Origin: Actinomycetota bacterium
Lineage (GTDB): Bacteria; Actinomycetota; Actinomycetes; Mycobacteriales; SCTD01
Assembly: GCA_046723735.1 (NCBI GenBank)
Contig: JBKOVB010000114.1
Location: 8,498 to 72,497, forward strand
Reading direction: 5' to 3'
DNA: 64,000 nt
Shown: positions 31,040 through 40,449 of the stretch, piece by piece
Position numbering within the stretch: position 1 is the stretch's first letter
Layout: each line of letters begins with the position of its first letter
Made by a program: the position numbers and the translations under genes
Notes under the pieces: generated by a model
Databases searched by the model: none
Seen by the model: only the letters and a program-made list of their open reading frames with translations
Told to the model about the DNA's origin: nothing

Positions 31040-32165
31040 CGGCCGCGACCGCCAGGCTGCTGACCACGGTCACCAGCCAGACCGTCGTGAAGTGGCCGGT
31101 GAAGACGCGCACCCCCAGCATCTGGAACGTGACGTGCAGCACCACCAGGTGCAGCGCGAACAGGCTGTAGCTGATCAGGCCGACGAGATGGAGCGGTCGG
31201 CTGCTGAGCAGCCGCGTCCAGGGCGTGCCACCCGGCGGTGCGAAGACGGCGGGCAGCAGCAGCCAGCAGGCGCTCAGGCCGTACAGGACGTGCTTCGCGA
31301 CGGCTTCCCACCCCGTGGGCAGGACGAGCAGCTTCGGGCCGCCCAGCGGGGTAGCGGCCAGCAGGAAGAGCAGCACCGCGACCACGACGCAGGTACCCGG
31401 AGCGGACGCGAGCTCCTCGAGGGTGCGGGCCACGCCATCCCGAGGTCCGCGGGACACCCGGTGGTGCAGCACGGCGAGAGCCATGCCGAACGCGAACCAG
31501 TCCGCGTAGCCGGGCAGCCAGAGGTGGGCCGCGCCGGGGAGGAGCGGCCCGGCGGCGAGGGCGGTCCAGAGCCACCCCACGGCCACCAGGCTGACAAGGA
31601 CGACCGCGTCGGTACGCGACCCGACGGGCTCGCCGCGGCGCGCGCGCCGGCCGGCTAGCCACCAGGCGAACAGCGGCAGTGCGGCGTAGAAAGCCACCTC
31701 CGCGCACAGGCTCCACATCTGCGTGAGGCCCGCCGGGAGCGGTCGGTCCGGGTAGGTCTGCAGCAGCAGCAGGTTCGTGACCCACTCGCGCGGGCCGCGA
31801 CCGTGGTTCTCGGGGAGCAGCACGAACGCGACCACGACAGCCAGCCAGTAGACCGGCAGGATGCGCAGCGCTCGCCGTCTCAAGTACGTGCCCAGCGCTC
31901 CTCTGCGGACGCCGGTGACCAGCGGTCGGTAGAGCAGGAAGCCGGACAGCAGGAAGAACACCGCGACGCCGAAGTCGCCGCGCGCGAGCACGTACCCGAC
32001 AGGCCCCGGCTTCGCGGTCCGGCCGGTCTGGAAGGCGACGTGGGTCGTGACGACGGCGAGGGCAGCGAGGCCCCGGAGCCCGTCGAGGGCGGGGAAGCGG
32101 ATCCGTTCGCCTCGGAGCTCAAGCGCCGGCTCGTACAGGTCCTGCGTCGGTGAGATCGAGGTCAT
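30975..32165 (-). CDS. Acyltransferase family 3 membrane protein
   Basis: FPALDGLRGLAALAVVTTHVAF is the acyltransferase-3 N-terminal motif, followed by about 10 TM helices. The 3' end overlaps the AftD-like gene by 65 nt. Confidence 0.8.
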   Translation of the reverse strand: MTSISPTQDLYEPALELRGERIRFPALDGLRGLAALAVVTTHVAFQTGRTAKPGPVGYVLARGDFGVAVFFLLSGFLLYRPLVTGVRRGALGTYLRRRALRILPVYWLAVVVAFVLLPENHGRGPREWVTNLLLLQTYPDRPLPAGLTQMWSLCAEVAFYAALPLFAWWLAGRRARRGEPVGSRTDAVVLVSLVAVGWLWTALAAGPLLPGAAHLWLPGYADWFAFGMALAVLHHRVSRGPRDGVARTLEELASAPGTCVVVAVLLFLLAATPLGGPKLLVLPTGWEAVAKHVLYGLSACWLLLPAVFAPPGGTPWTRLLSSRPLHLVGLISYSLFALHLVVLHVTFQMLGVRVFTGHFTTVWLVTVVSSLAVAAVSYRLVERPAQERGRRGRVRA

Positions 32166-32212
32166 CGTCGCCCCACGCCTCGTGATGCGCCGCGGCGGGC
32201 CGGCGCACGGTC

Positions 32213-32218
32213 TAGCGT
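32213..32218 (+). promoter_or_regulatory. Candidate -10 hexamer TAGCGT for a leaderless transcript of the 591-aa membrane protein
   Basis: TAnnnT lies exactly 6 nt upstream of the GTG at 32225, inside a 59-bp divergent intergenic region. Confidence 0.45.
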
Positions 32219-32224
32219 CCGGGC

Positions 32225-34000
32225 GTGGCCACCTTCCGCCGGCGCTCGCTCGCCGGGCTCGGACTGGGCGGGCTGCTCGCGGTCGTGCTCCTCGCGCCAG
32301 TGCTGGGCAGGGGGGTCGTGCTCGTCCGCGACATGGTCTTCGTGCCGCACATCCCGCTGGGACGGCAGCTCCTTGGGCTCGGCGGCGTGCCGCGCGCGGT
32401 GCCCAGCGACCTGCTCGTGGCGCTCGGGACGCGTGTCGTGCCCGTGGGTTGGCTGCAGGACGTGGTCCTGGTCGGTGTCGTGCTGCTCGGCACGTGGGGT
32501 GCGGTGCGGCTCGCCCCGACCACGAGCCTGGCCGGCGCGCTCGCCGCAGGCACGGTGTACGGCTGGTCGGCCTTCGTGCACGAGCGGCTCCTGCTCGGCC
32601 AGTGGACGCTGCTGCTCGGGGCCGCGGTGCTTCCGTGGGCGACGCGGGCGGCGCTGGCCTGGCGTCGTGGCGAGCCGGGCTGGCCGGCGCTGGCCTGGCT
32701 GGCGGCGGCTGCTCTGGGCGGTGCCAACGCGCTGCTCCTTGTCGCCGTGGCCGTCGTGGTCTGCGGGCGCCCCGTGCGCGCCCTCGTGGCCACCGCGGTG
32801 CTCAGCGTCCCCTGGGCGCTGCCGGCGCTGCTGCACGGCGTCGTCGCCGGCGACCCGCACGGGGTGAGCGCCTTCGCGGCGCGCGCCGACGTCCCGGGCG
32901 GCGTGCTGCTGTCGTTGCTCACGGGCGGCGGCGTGTGGGCGCCTGCTGCCGTGCCGCCCGGCCGGGCCGCCGGCCTGCCCGTGGCGGTGGCGGTCCTGGC
33001 CCTCGCAGCCCTGGGTCTGCGGCGGGTGCACGCCCGTCTGGGGGGACCGCTGCTCGTGACGGGCGGGCTGGGGCTCGGCCTGGCACTGCTCGGTGTCCTT
33101 CCCGGCACCTCGGCCGTCCTGCGCTGGGCCGTGGTGCACGTGCCCGCAGCAGGTCTCCTGCGGGACGGCCAGAAGTGGGTCGCGCTGGTCGTGCTCGTCG
33201 CGAGCGCGTCCGTCGCGTGCGGGACCGAGGCTGTCCTGGCACGGGTGGCGTCCGAGCCCGTACGCCGGTGGGCCGGTGCGCTCGTGGTCCTGGCCCCGCT
33301 CGCGGCCCTCCCCGGTGCGGCGTGGGGAGAGAGCGGACGTCTGCAGGCGAGCACGTTGCCCGAGTCCTGGCACGAGGTCGTCGACGAGGCCCACGGCGTC
33401 GTGCTCGTCCTGCCGTGGCGCTCCTACCGCGCCTTTCCCTGGAACGGGGACCGCACGGTGCTCGACCCCGCGAGCAAGCTGCTGCAGCGGCCTGTCGTCG
33501 ACGACGACCTGCCGCTCGCCGGCGGGCAGGTCCAGGGCGAGGACCCGCTGGCGGCGCGCCTGGACCCTTTCGTCGGCACAGGCCGGCCGTTGCTTCCTGC
33601 CCTGCAGGCGGAGGGGGTGGCGCAAGTCCTCGTGGAGAAGAGGACGCGCGGTGAAGACGTGAGCGCCACGCGCCGCCGGCTCGAGGGCCTCCGCCTCGTG
33701 CGCGAGAACGATGAGCTGGCGCTCTACGCCGTTCCCGGCTCCGGCAGCGCCCCGTCCGAGCCGCCCCTGCCGCCCGTCGTGCTCGCGGATCTGGTGGTAG
33801 CCGCCTTCGGGCTGGTCGTCGTGGTGCACGCCGTGCGCGGTCGTCGGCTACCGACCCGTGCCGTAGGTGACGCTCGAGGAGGGGTGCGAGCTGCCGGCGG
33901 GGTTGTCGCTCGCAGCGGTCACGATCCCCAGCGCGGTGGCGCCCGCCAGCAGCAGGCCCGCGATGACGGTGACGACAGTGGTCATGGTCGGTGCTCCTAG
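32225..34000 (+). CDS. Polytopic membrane protein with a C-terminal soluble domain (GT-C-like architecture)
   Basis: Many N-terminal TM helices, then a soluble segment of about 200 aa and a final TM helix (VVLADLVVAAFGLVVVVHAV). The last 50 or so codons have poor codon bias and run antisense to a small ORF. Confidence 0.6.
   Translation: MATFRRRSLAGLGLGGLLAVVLLAPVLGRGVVLVRDMVFVPHIPLGRQLLGLGGVPRAVPSDLLVALGTRVVPVGWLQDVVLVGVVLLGTWGAVRLAPTTSLAGALAAGTVYGWSAFVHERLLLGQWTLLLGAAVLPWATRAALAWRRGEPGWPALAWLAAAALGGANALLLVAVAVVVCGRPVRALVATAVLSVPWALPALLHGVVAGDPHGVSAFAARADVPGGVLLSLLTGGGVWAPAAVPPGRAAGLPVAVAVLALAALGLRRVHARLGGPLLVTGGLGLGLALLGVLPGTSAVLRWAVVHVPAAGLLRDGQKWVALVVLVASASVACGTEAVLARVASEPVRRWAGALVVLAPLAALPGAAWGESGRLQASTLPESWHEVVDEAHGVVLVLPWRSYRAFPWNGDRTVLDPASKLLQRPVVDDDLPLAGGQVQGEDPLAARLDPFVGTGRPLLPALQAEGVAQVLVEKRTRGEDVSATRRRLEGLRLVRENDELALYAVPGSGSAPSEPPLPPVVLADLVVAAFGLVVVVHAVRGRRLPTRAVGDARGGVRAAGGVVARSGHDPQRGGARQQQARDDGDDSGHGRCS
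33848..33985 (-). CDS. Small membrane protein, 45 aa (MTTVVTVIAGLLLAGATALGIVTAASDNPAGSSHPSSSVTYGTGR)
   Basis: An AGGAG SD lies 5 nt upstream of the ATG and overlaps the TAG stop of the upstream GT4 gene. It has one TM helix, and third-codon positions are nearly all G/C. Confidence 0.5.
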   Translation of the reverse strand: MTTVVTVIAGLLLAGATALGIVTAASDNPAGSSHPSSSVTYGTGR

Positions 34001-35139
34001 GGACGGGATCGGCAGGACAGGACGTCGGAGAACGCGGACGTGGCAGCATCCCAGGTGAAGCGACGGGCGTGCTCGCGAGCGCCCTCGCCGAGCCGGCGGC
34101 GCAGGTCTCCGTCGCTCAGCAGGTCTCGCAGCGCCTGCCGCAGCTCGTCCTCGTCGTCCACGAGCAGGCCGGTGCGGCCGTGCACGACGGACTCGGCGAG
34201 GCCGCCGGCGGCCCGGAACGCGACGGAGGGCGTGCCGTACGAGCCGGCCTCCACGACCGACAACCCCCAGCCCTCCTTCAACGAGGGCACGGCGTGCACC
34301 CACGCGCGGGCGAGCAGCTCGGCCTTGTCCTGCTCGGTGACGCGGCCGTGCAGCAGGACGACCTCGTCGAGACCGAGCTCGGTCACCTTGGCGCGGACCG
34401 TGGGGAGCCAGTAGCCGTCACCTGCCACCTCCACGACGAGGTCCGGGATCTGAGCGCGCAGCGCTGCGGCGGCCTCGAGCACGAGCTCCACGCGCTTGTG
34501 CGGCACCACGCGCCCGAGCACCGCGACCGTCGGGCGGCTGCTGCGTGGGCTCGTCGTGGGCAGCGTCGCGGGCGTGCCGTTGTGGATCACCTGCACCTGC
34601 TCGGCGCTCACGCCGAGGCTGACGAGCTCGGCCTTCGTCACCTCGGACACCGCGACGTAGTCGCAGCGTCGGCCGACCCACGGGGCGAGCCGCGACTCCA
34701 GCCACCAGCCGACCCGGGCACGGACGGGCCCCAGCACCACGGGCCACTGCTCCCGGTGCACGTGGTGCACGAGGATCACCACCCGCTGCCGGGTCCACAG
34801 CCGCGCGAGGAACGGCATGCCGTTCTGCACCTCGACGACCACCCCGCTCCGCCCGAGACGGCCTGTCACGAGGAGCGCGGCCGCCCAGAGGAAGACGGTG
34901 AGGCGGCCCCCGCGCCGCACGTAGCGGACGTCGTCCTTCACCTCGTCGCGCGGGGCGTTGCGGTGCGCCGCGCAGAGCACGGTCACCCGGTCACCCGTGG
35001 CCGCGAGCCGGGCGGCCAGGGTCTCGACGTACAGCTCGGAGCCGCCACCTTCGGGGTTCGTCAGGTCCCGGTGGTTCAGCAGCAGAACCTCGCGGGGCGG
35101 CACCCGTCGTACCTCGTCGGGCGGAGCCGTCCGCTGCAC
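33997..35139 (-). CDS. Glycosyltransferase family 4 (GT-B)
   Basis: GGSELYVETLAARL near the N-terminus and the EGWGLSVVEAGSYGTPSVAF...GLLV E-x7-E region. The start is uncertain: GTG at 35139, or GTG at 35103 which has a GAGG SD. Confidence 0.8.
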   Translation of the reverse strand: MQRTAPPDEVRRVPPREVLLLNHRDLTNPEGGGSELYVETLAARLAATGDRVTVLCAAHRNAPRDEVKDDVRYVRRGGRLTVFLWAAALLVTGRLGRSGVVVEVQNGMPFLARLWTRQRVVILVHHVHREQWPVVLGPVRARVGWWLESRLAPWVGRRCDYVAVSEVTKAELVSLGVSAEQVQVIHNGTPATLPTTSPRSSRPTVAVLGRVVPHKRVELVLEAAAALRAQIPDLVVEVAGDGYWLPTVRAKVTELGLDEVVLLHGRVTEQDKAELLARAWVHAVPSLKEGWGLSVVEAGSYGTPSVAFRAAGGLAESVVHGRTGLLVDDEDELRQALRDLLSDGDLRRRLGEGAREHARRFTWDAATSAFSDVLSCRSRP

Positions 35140-35338
35140 GAGCCGCGGGGTCCGAGGTCCCAGCGTGGTGCCGGCCAACAGGGGCTGTCCTCTCGGTTCG
35201 TGCCGTGCGACGCGCCGGGCAGCGATGTGAACGGCGTGGGTCAACGCTCCCTGACCCGGACAGGTCAGGCCATGACGTGCCGGGACCCTTCTCCTCTGGT
35301 CCTTGAGGACTACGCGCGCGAAACAGGACACAGGTGGC

Positions 35339-35344
35339 TAGGGT
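35339..35344 (+). promoter_or_regulatory. Candidate -10 hexamer TAGGGT for a leaderless methyltransferase transcript
   Basis: TAnnnT lies exactly 6 nt upstream of the GTG at 35351. Confidence 0.45.
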
Positions 35345-35350
35345 CCGCTC

Positions 35351-36091
35351 GTGGCCGACGCCCTCCCTCCGCTGGGCTCCCTCGCCCGGAGCCTGGCGCT
35401 GCTGAGGGCGTTCTCCTACGAGCAGTCGGACCCGCCGCGCTTCTACTCGCTGCTCGCCGCCGACGCCGCCCGGCACGTCGAGCACTACGTGCCGTTGCGG
35501 GGGCGGACCGTCCTGGACGTCGGCGGCGGTCCGGGCTACTTCGCGGACGCCTTCCGGGCCCGCGGAGCCCGCTACGTCGGGGTCGACGCCGACGTCGGGG
35601 AGCTGTCGCTGCACGGACGGGCGGTTCCCGAGGGGACGGTGCTCGGGAGCGGCACGGCGTTGCCCTTCCGCGACGGAGCCGTCGACGTCGCCTACTCCAG
35701 CAACGTGCTGGAGCACGTGCGGGAGCCGGAGGCGATGGCCGACGAGATGGTGCGGGTCACACGTCCAGGCGGGCTGGTGTTCCTCTCCTACAACAACTGG
35801 CTGGCCCCCAACGGCGGCCACGAGACCGCCCCGTGGCACTACCTGGGCGGCCGTCGGGCCGCTGACCGCTGGGCCCGACGTCACGGGCGGCGCCCGAAGA
35901 ACGACTACGGCGTCTCGCTGTTCCGCATCTCGGTGGCGCAGATGCTGCGGTGGCTCGACGGCCGGCACGACGTCGTCGTCGTCGACGTGCTGCCCCGCTA
36001 CCACCCACGGTGGGCGCGCTGGGTCGTGCGCGTCCCCGTGCTGCGCGAGGTGCTCACCTGGAACCTGCTGCTCGTGCTGCGCCGCCTCTGA
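35351..36091 (+). CDS. Class I SAM-dependent methyltransferase
   Basis: SAM motif I VLDVGGGPGYF, then DVAYSSNVLEHV and RVTRPGGLVFL. Confidence 0.8.
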   Translation: MADALPPLGSLARSLALLRAFSYEQSDPPRFYSLLAADAARHVEHYVPLRGRTVLDVGGGPGYFADAFRARGARYVGVDADVGELSLHGRAVPEGTVLGSGTALPFRDGAVDVAYSSNVLEHVREPEAMADEMVRVTRPGGLVFLSYNNWLAPNGGHETAPWHYLGGRRAADRWARRHGRRPKNDYGVSLFRISVAQMLRWLDGRHDVVVVDVLPRYHPRWARWVVRVPVLREVLTWNLLLVLRRL

Positions 36092-36230
36092 CGTCCTTCT
36101 GGCGGGGGACGTCTCGCCTGTCCGCAGATCTCGTCCTTTCGTGCCATTGTCCGCCCTCGTCCCGGCTCAGAGGCTGAGCGTGTCGCGTGGGACACGTCGT
36201 GCTCGGGCACGGCGCGAACGGAGGAGACCG

Positions 36231-37235
36231 ATGCGGAGCAAGGCGGCAACGGGGCTGGTCGGGACCGGCGTGTTCGCGCTGGGGCTCGCCGTGCTCTTCC
36301 CACTGGTCGTGACCCCGGCTCTGCTCAAGGCGCCCGCCGAGATCAACCTCACGACCCACTCCCGCAGCGAGGCGCAGAAGCTCGACCCCGCCACCGACAC
36401 GCTGGTCCCCGTCACGGTCGACCTGACGCGCAAGCTCACCACGCACACGAACAAGGGCAAGATCGCGGGCAGCGACTCCGTCGGCGTGTACGACGAGCTG
36501 CTGGACCTCAAGCAGGTGAACGCGGACGGCACCCTGCCCTCGAGCACCGCGGCGGACGGCTCCTACCAGGGCATCGTCGCCCGGAGCTCCGTCGTGGCCT
36601 TCGACCGCAAGACCGGCCGGGGCGTGAGCAAGTACGGCGACACCTGGAGCACGTCCGGCCAGACGGTGAAGTTCCCCTTCGGCACCAAGAAGAGGACCTA
36701 CAACTTCTACGACCAGACCTCGGGCCGGGCCTGGCCGGTGAGCTTCGTCCGGACCACCAAGGTCAAGGGCCTGGAGGTCTACGAGTTCCACGGCACGATC
36801 CCGGAGATCTCGCTGGGCCAGTACGGCGCGCTCGCCGGCACCGACACGCTGTACAGCAACGCCGGGCGCACCATCCTCGTGGAGCCCGTCACGGGCTCGA
36901 TCGTCAGCCAGACGACCTCCCCGCACACCAGCATCAAGCTGCCCGACGGGACCGTGACCCCGGCGCTGGTCGTCCAGGAGCTGGTGCCGACGGATGCGAC
37001 GGTCGCCGAGCGCGTGAAGTACTCCAAGCACGTGAAGTCCGAGGCGAACCTGCTGCACGCCGCGCCGTGGGTGCTCGGCGTGCTGGGTCTGCTCCTGCTC
37101 GCCGGTGGCATCGTGCTCACCGTCCGGGCCGCACGCCGCAGCGACGTCGTCCCCGAGCGACGGCCCGACGTCACCGGCGCGGTGCCCCAGCCCCGGCAGG
37201 AGCCGGCCGTCGACCCCTCGAGGGTCGAGCAGTAG
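36231..37235 (+). CDS. DUF3068-family (PorA-like) envelope protein
   Basis: A GGAGGAG SD precedes the ATG at 36231. It has an N-terminal TM/signal anchor, a long beta-rich extracytoplasmic region and a C-terminal TM helix (WVLGVLGLLLLAGGIVL). Confidence 0.65.
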   Translation: MRSKAATGLVGTGVFALGLAVLFPLVVTPALLKAPAEINLTTHSRSEAQKLDPATDTLVPVTVDLTRKLTTHTNKGKIAGSDSVGVYDELLDLKQVNADGTLPSSTAADGSYQGIVARSSVVAFDRKTGRGVSKYGDTWSTSGQTVKFPFGTKKRTYNFYDQTSGRAWPVSFVRTTKVKGLEVYEFHGTIPEISLGQYGALAGTDTLYSNAGRTILVEPVTGSIVSQTTSPHTSIKLPDGTVTPALVVQELVPTDATVAERVKYSKHVKSEANLLHAAPWVLGVLGLLLLAGGIVLTVRAARRSDVVPERRPDVTGAVPQPRQEPAVDPSRVEQ

Positions 37236-37248
37236 CCCGGAGCGGTCG

Positions 37249-38064
37249 TCAGCCCTTGTGGGCGCTGAAGATCGCCGTACCCGGCAGCAGGGCGCCGCGG
37301 AAGGGTGACCACTGGCCCCACACCTCGGTGCGTCCCTCAGGCCACTCGGGCTCCTCGAGGTCGTCCAGGACGAGGCCGGCCTCGACGATGTCCCGGATGC
37401 GGTCGCTCATGGTGCGGTGGTGCTCGACGTACGTCGCCACGCCCTGCTCGTCCTCCTCGACGTAGGGCATGCGGTCGAAGTAGGACTGCCGGACGGTGAG
37501 CCCGTTCGGCCCCGGGTCGTCCGGGAACACCCAGCGGAACGGGTGGCTGACGCTGAAGACGAGCCGCCCGCCGGGCCGCAGCACGCGGGCGATCTCCTTC
37601 ATGGTCCGGGCGGAGTCGGCCACGAACGGGATGCCGCCGAAGGCGCTCGCGACGACGTCGAAGGAGGCGTCCAGGAAGGGCAGGCGCTGCGCGTCCGCCT
37701 GCACGTAGCGGCCGACGACCACCCCCGTACGGCGGTCGAGCTCGCGCGCCTGGTCGAGCTGGCCTCGGGAGACGTCGAACGCCGTGACCCGGGCGCCCTG
37801 GGACACCAGCCACCGTCCGGCCTGCGCGGCGCCGCAGCCGAGCTCCAGCACATCCCGGCCGCGGACGTCCCCGAGCAGCTGCGCCTCCTGCTCGCGCAGG
37901 CCCTCCGGGCACCACAGGAAGTCCACATCCCCGAGGGTGGCGCCGTGCTCGTCGTAGTACTCCGCGGCGTTCGCATCCCACCAGGACCGGTTGGCCTGGG
38001 CGCTCTCGGAGAGGCCGGCCCAACGGCGGACGGGGTGGGAGGCGTTCGACTCGGGCGCGCTCAT
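37249..38064 (-). CDS. Class I SAM-dependent methyltransferase
   Basis: VLELGCGAAQ (motif I), FDVVASAFG and VLRPGGRLVFSV. Only the last 271 codons of the 1251-aa track ORF are coding-like. Confidence 0.8.
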   Translation of the reverse strand: MSAPESNASHPVRRWAGLSESAQANRSWWDANAAEYYDEHGATLGDVDFLWCPEGLREQEAQLLGDVRGRDVLELGCGAAQAGRWLVSQGARVTAFDVSRGQLDQARELDRRTGVVVGRYVQADAQRLPFLDASFDVVASAFGGIPFVADSARTMKEIARVLRPGGRLVFSVSHPFRWVFPDDPGPNGLTVRQSYFDRMPYVEEDEQGVATYVEHHRTMSDRIRDIVEAGLVLDDLEEPEWPEGRTEVWGQWSPFRGALLPGTAIFSAHKG

Positions 38065-38226
38065 GCGCGTAGTCTGTACGTACGCGCTGCGGGCGCGGCA
38101 GCCTGCCTGCCCGCGGACGTCGAGTGAGCGACCATCCTTGCTGGCCTGACGACCTGCCCCGCTGCGTGCCTCGACCCGCCCACCAGGGGCAGGTCCCGAC
38201 CCCACCAGCAGCCGGAGCCCATTCCC

Positions 38227-39693
38227 TTGACCACCACCCTCACCTCCTCCTCCGCCCCGCAGGTCGCCGTCAACGACATCGGGTCCGAGGAGGACTTCCT
38301 CGCCGCCATCGACTCGACGATCAAGTACTTCAACGACGGCGACATCGTCGAAGGCACCATCGTCAAGGTCGACCGGGACGAGGTGCTGCTCGACATCGGC
38401 TACAAGACCGAGGGCGTCATCCCCTCCCGCGAGCTCTCGATCAAGCACGACGTCGACCCCAACGAGGTCGTCGCCGTGGGCGACCAGGTCGAGGCGCTCG
38501 TCCTCCAGAAGGAGGACAAGGAGGGCCGGCTGATCCTGTCCAAGAAGCGCGCCCAGTACGAGCGCGCCTGGGGCGACGTCGAGGCCAAGAAGGAGCGCGA
38601 CGAGGTCATCGAGGGCACCGTCATCGAGGTCGTCAAGGGCGGCCTCATCCTCGACATCGGCCTGCGCGGCTTCCTCCCCGCGTCGCTCGTCGAGATGCGC
38701 CGGGTCCGCGACCTGCAGCCCTACGTCGGCAAGAAGCTCGAGGCGAAGATCATCGAGCTCGACAAGAACCGCAACAACGTCGTCCTCTCCCGCCGGCAGT
38801 GGCTGGAGGAGACCCAGAGCGAGGTCCGCAGCAGCTTCCTCAACCAGCTGCAGAAGGGCCAGATCCGCACCGGCCAGGTGTCGTCCATCGTCAACTTCGG
38901 CGCCTTCGTCGACCTGGGCGGCGTGGACGGCCTCGTGCACGTCTCCGAGCTGTCCTGGAAGCACATCGACCACCCGTCCGAGGTCGTCGAGGTCGGCCAG
39001 GAGGTCACCGTCGAGGTCCTCGACGTCGACCTGGACCGCGAGCGCGTCTCCCTGTCGCTGAAGGCGACGCAGGAGGACCCGTGGCAGCAGTTCGCCCGCA
39101 CGCACCAGATCAACCAGGTCGTGCCCGGTCGCGTCACCAAGCTGGTGCCGTTCGGTGCGTTCGTGCGCGTCGACGAGGGCATCGAGGGCCTGGTCCACAT
39201 CTCCGAGCTGGCCGAGCGCCACGTCGAGATCCCGGAGCAGGTCGTCAACGTTGGTGACGAGCTGCTGGTCAAGGTCATCGACATCGACCTCGAGCGCCGT
39301 CGCATCAGCCTCTCGCTGAAGCAGGCCAACGAGGGCGGCACCATCGAGGTCGAGCACTTCGACCCGACGCAGTACGGCATGGCCGCGTCGTACGACGAGC
39401 AGGGCAACTACATCTACCCCGAGGGCTTCGACCCCGAGTCGGGCGAGTGGCTGCCGGGCTACGAGGCCGCCCGCGAGGCGTGGGAGGCGCAGTACGCCGA
39501 GGCGCAGAAGCGCTTCGAGCAGCACCAGGAGCAGATCCGCCGTATGCAGGCTGCGGACGCCGAGGCCGGCGAGTCGACGTCGTACTCCTCCGAGGCCGGC
39601 GAGGGCCAGCCCGCGCCGGCGCCCTCGGGCGGCACGCTCGCGACCGACGAGGCGCTGCAGGCGCTGCGCGAGAAGCTGTCCGGCGGAGCGTAG
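38227..39693 (+). CDS. rpsA: 30S ribosomal protein S1
   Basis: Four S1 repeats (GDIVEGTIVKVD, VIEGTVIEVVKGGLILDIG, GQVSSIVNFGAFVDLG, GRVTKLVPFGAFVRV). The start is apparently a TTG. Confidence 0.95.
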   Translation: MTTTLTSSSAPQVAVNDIGSEEDFLAAIDSTIKYFNDGDIVEGTIVKVDRDEVLLDIGYKTEGVIPSRELSIKHDVDPNEVVAVGDQVEALVLQKEDKEGRLILSKKRAQYERAWGDVEAKKERDEVIEGTVIEVVKGGLILDIGLRGFLPASLVEMRRVRDLQPYVGKKLEAKIIELDKNRNNVVLSRRQWLEETQSEVRSSFLNQLQKGQIRTGQVSSIVNFGAFVDLGGVDGLVHVSELSWKHIDHPSEVVEVGQEVTVEVLDVDLDRERVSLSLKATQEDPWQQFARTHQINQVVPGRVTKLVPFGAFVRVDEGIEGLVHISELAERHVEIPEQVVNVGDELLVKVIDIDLERRRISLSLKQANEGGTIEVEHFDPTQYGMAASYDEQGNYIYPEGFDPESGEWLPGYEAAREAWEAQYAEAQKRFEQHQEQIRRMQAADAEAGESTSYSSEAGEGQPAPAPSGGTLATDEALQALREKLSGGA

Positions 39694-39740
39694 GCGCGAG
39701 CGCCGAAGCGTCCCACGTGACGCCCAGTAGGACCGCGTGA

Positions 39741-39776
39741 GACGAGCCCCCTGCCCCTGCGGGCGGGGGGCTCGTC
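39741..39776 (+). terminator. Strong GC-rich hairpin after rpsA (intrinsic terminator candidate)
   Basis: GACGAGCCCCC-T-GCCC-CTGC-GGGC-G-GGGGGCTCGTC forms a stem of about 16 bp with a tetraloop, 48 nt after the rpsA stop. Only a short T-containing tail follows. Confidence 0.65.
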
Positions 39777-39782
39777 TACGTT
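39777..39782 (+). promoter_or_regulatory. Candidate -10 hexamer TACGTT for a leaderless coaE transcript
   Basis: TAnnnT lies 7 nt upstream of the GTG at 39790 and directly abuts the rpsA terminator hairpin. Confidence 0.4.
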
Positions 39783-39789
39783 CTGGGCC

Positions 39790-40434
39790 GTGCTGAAGAT
39801 CGGCCTCACGGGCGGCATCGGGTCGGGCAAGTCCACCGTGGCGCGGCTGCTCACGTCGTACGGCGCGGTGCTCGTGGACGCCGACGCGGTGGCCCGCGAG
39901 GTCGTGGGGCCCGGCACCCCGGGGCTCGCGGCGGTGGTGGACGAGTTCGGGCCCGAGGTCCTGCTGCCGGACGGGGCGCTGGACCGCGAGGGGTTGGGCC
40001 GGGTGGTGTTCGGCGACGACGGGCGACGGGCGGCGCTGAACGCGATCGTGCACCCCTTGGTGGGCGCGCGGATGGCCGAGCTGGAGGAGCGTGCGCGCAC
40101 GACGGGTGCGCCGGCGGTGGTGCACGACGTGCCGCTGCTCGCCGAGAACGGCCTGGCTTCCCTGTACGACGAGGTGCTGGTCGTCGACTGCCCCGTCGAG
40201 CTCCAGGTGGCCCGGCTCGTGGGCCAGCGGGGGATGGCCGAGGCGGACGCGCGGGCTCGCATCGCGGCCCAGGCCACCCGCGAGGAGCGACTCGCCGTCG
40301 CGACGCACGTCATCGTCAACGACGGCGGCCTCGCCGAGCTCGAGACCCGTGTCCGCGCGGTGTGGGACGAGGTACTGGCGCCGCACGCCCACGTCGGTGA
40401 TCATGAGGGGCCGCCGGCCCCCGACGTGCGCTGA
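39790..40434 (+). CDS. coaE: Dephospho-CoA kinase
   Basis: [14 protein letters not shown]-loop at the N-terminus, then [12 protein letters not shown] and IVHPLV. It is the short form (214 aa), without the C-terminal extension seen in mycobacterial CoaE. Confidence 0.9.
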   Translation: MLKIGLTGGIGSGKSTVARLLTSYGAVLVDADAVAREVVGPGTPGLAAVVDEFGPEVLLPDGALDREGLGRVVFGDDGRRAALNAIVHPLVGARMAELEERARTTGAPAVVHDVPLLAENGLASLYDEVLVVDCPVELQVARLVGQRGMAEADARARIAAQATREERLAVATHVIVNDGGLAELETRVRAVWDEVLAPHAHVGDHEGPPAPDVR

Positions 40435-40449
40435 GCCTCGGGAGGTCCT

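Noticed and set aside
36090-36113. A 7-bp hairpin, GACGTCC...GGACGTC, at the stop codon of the 35351-36091 methyltransferase, considered as a terminator.
   Set aside because: The stem is short with a 10-nt loop and no U-tract, and the downstream DUF3068 gene may be co-transcribed. The evidence is too weak to list as a feature.
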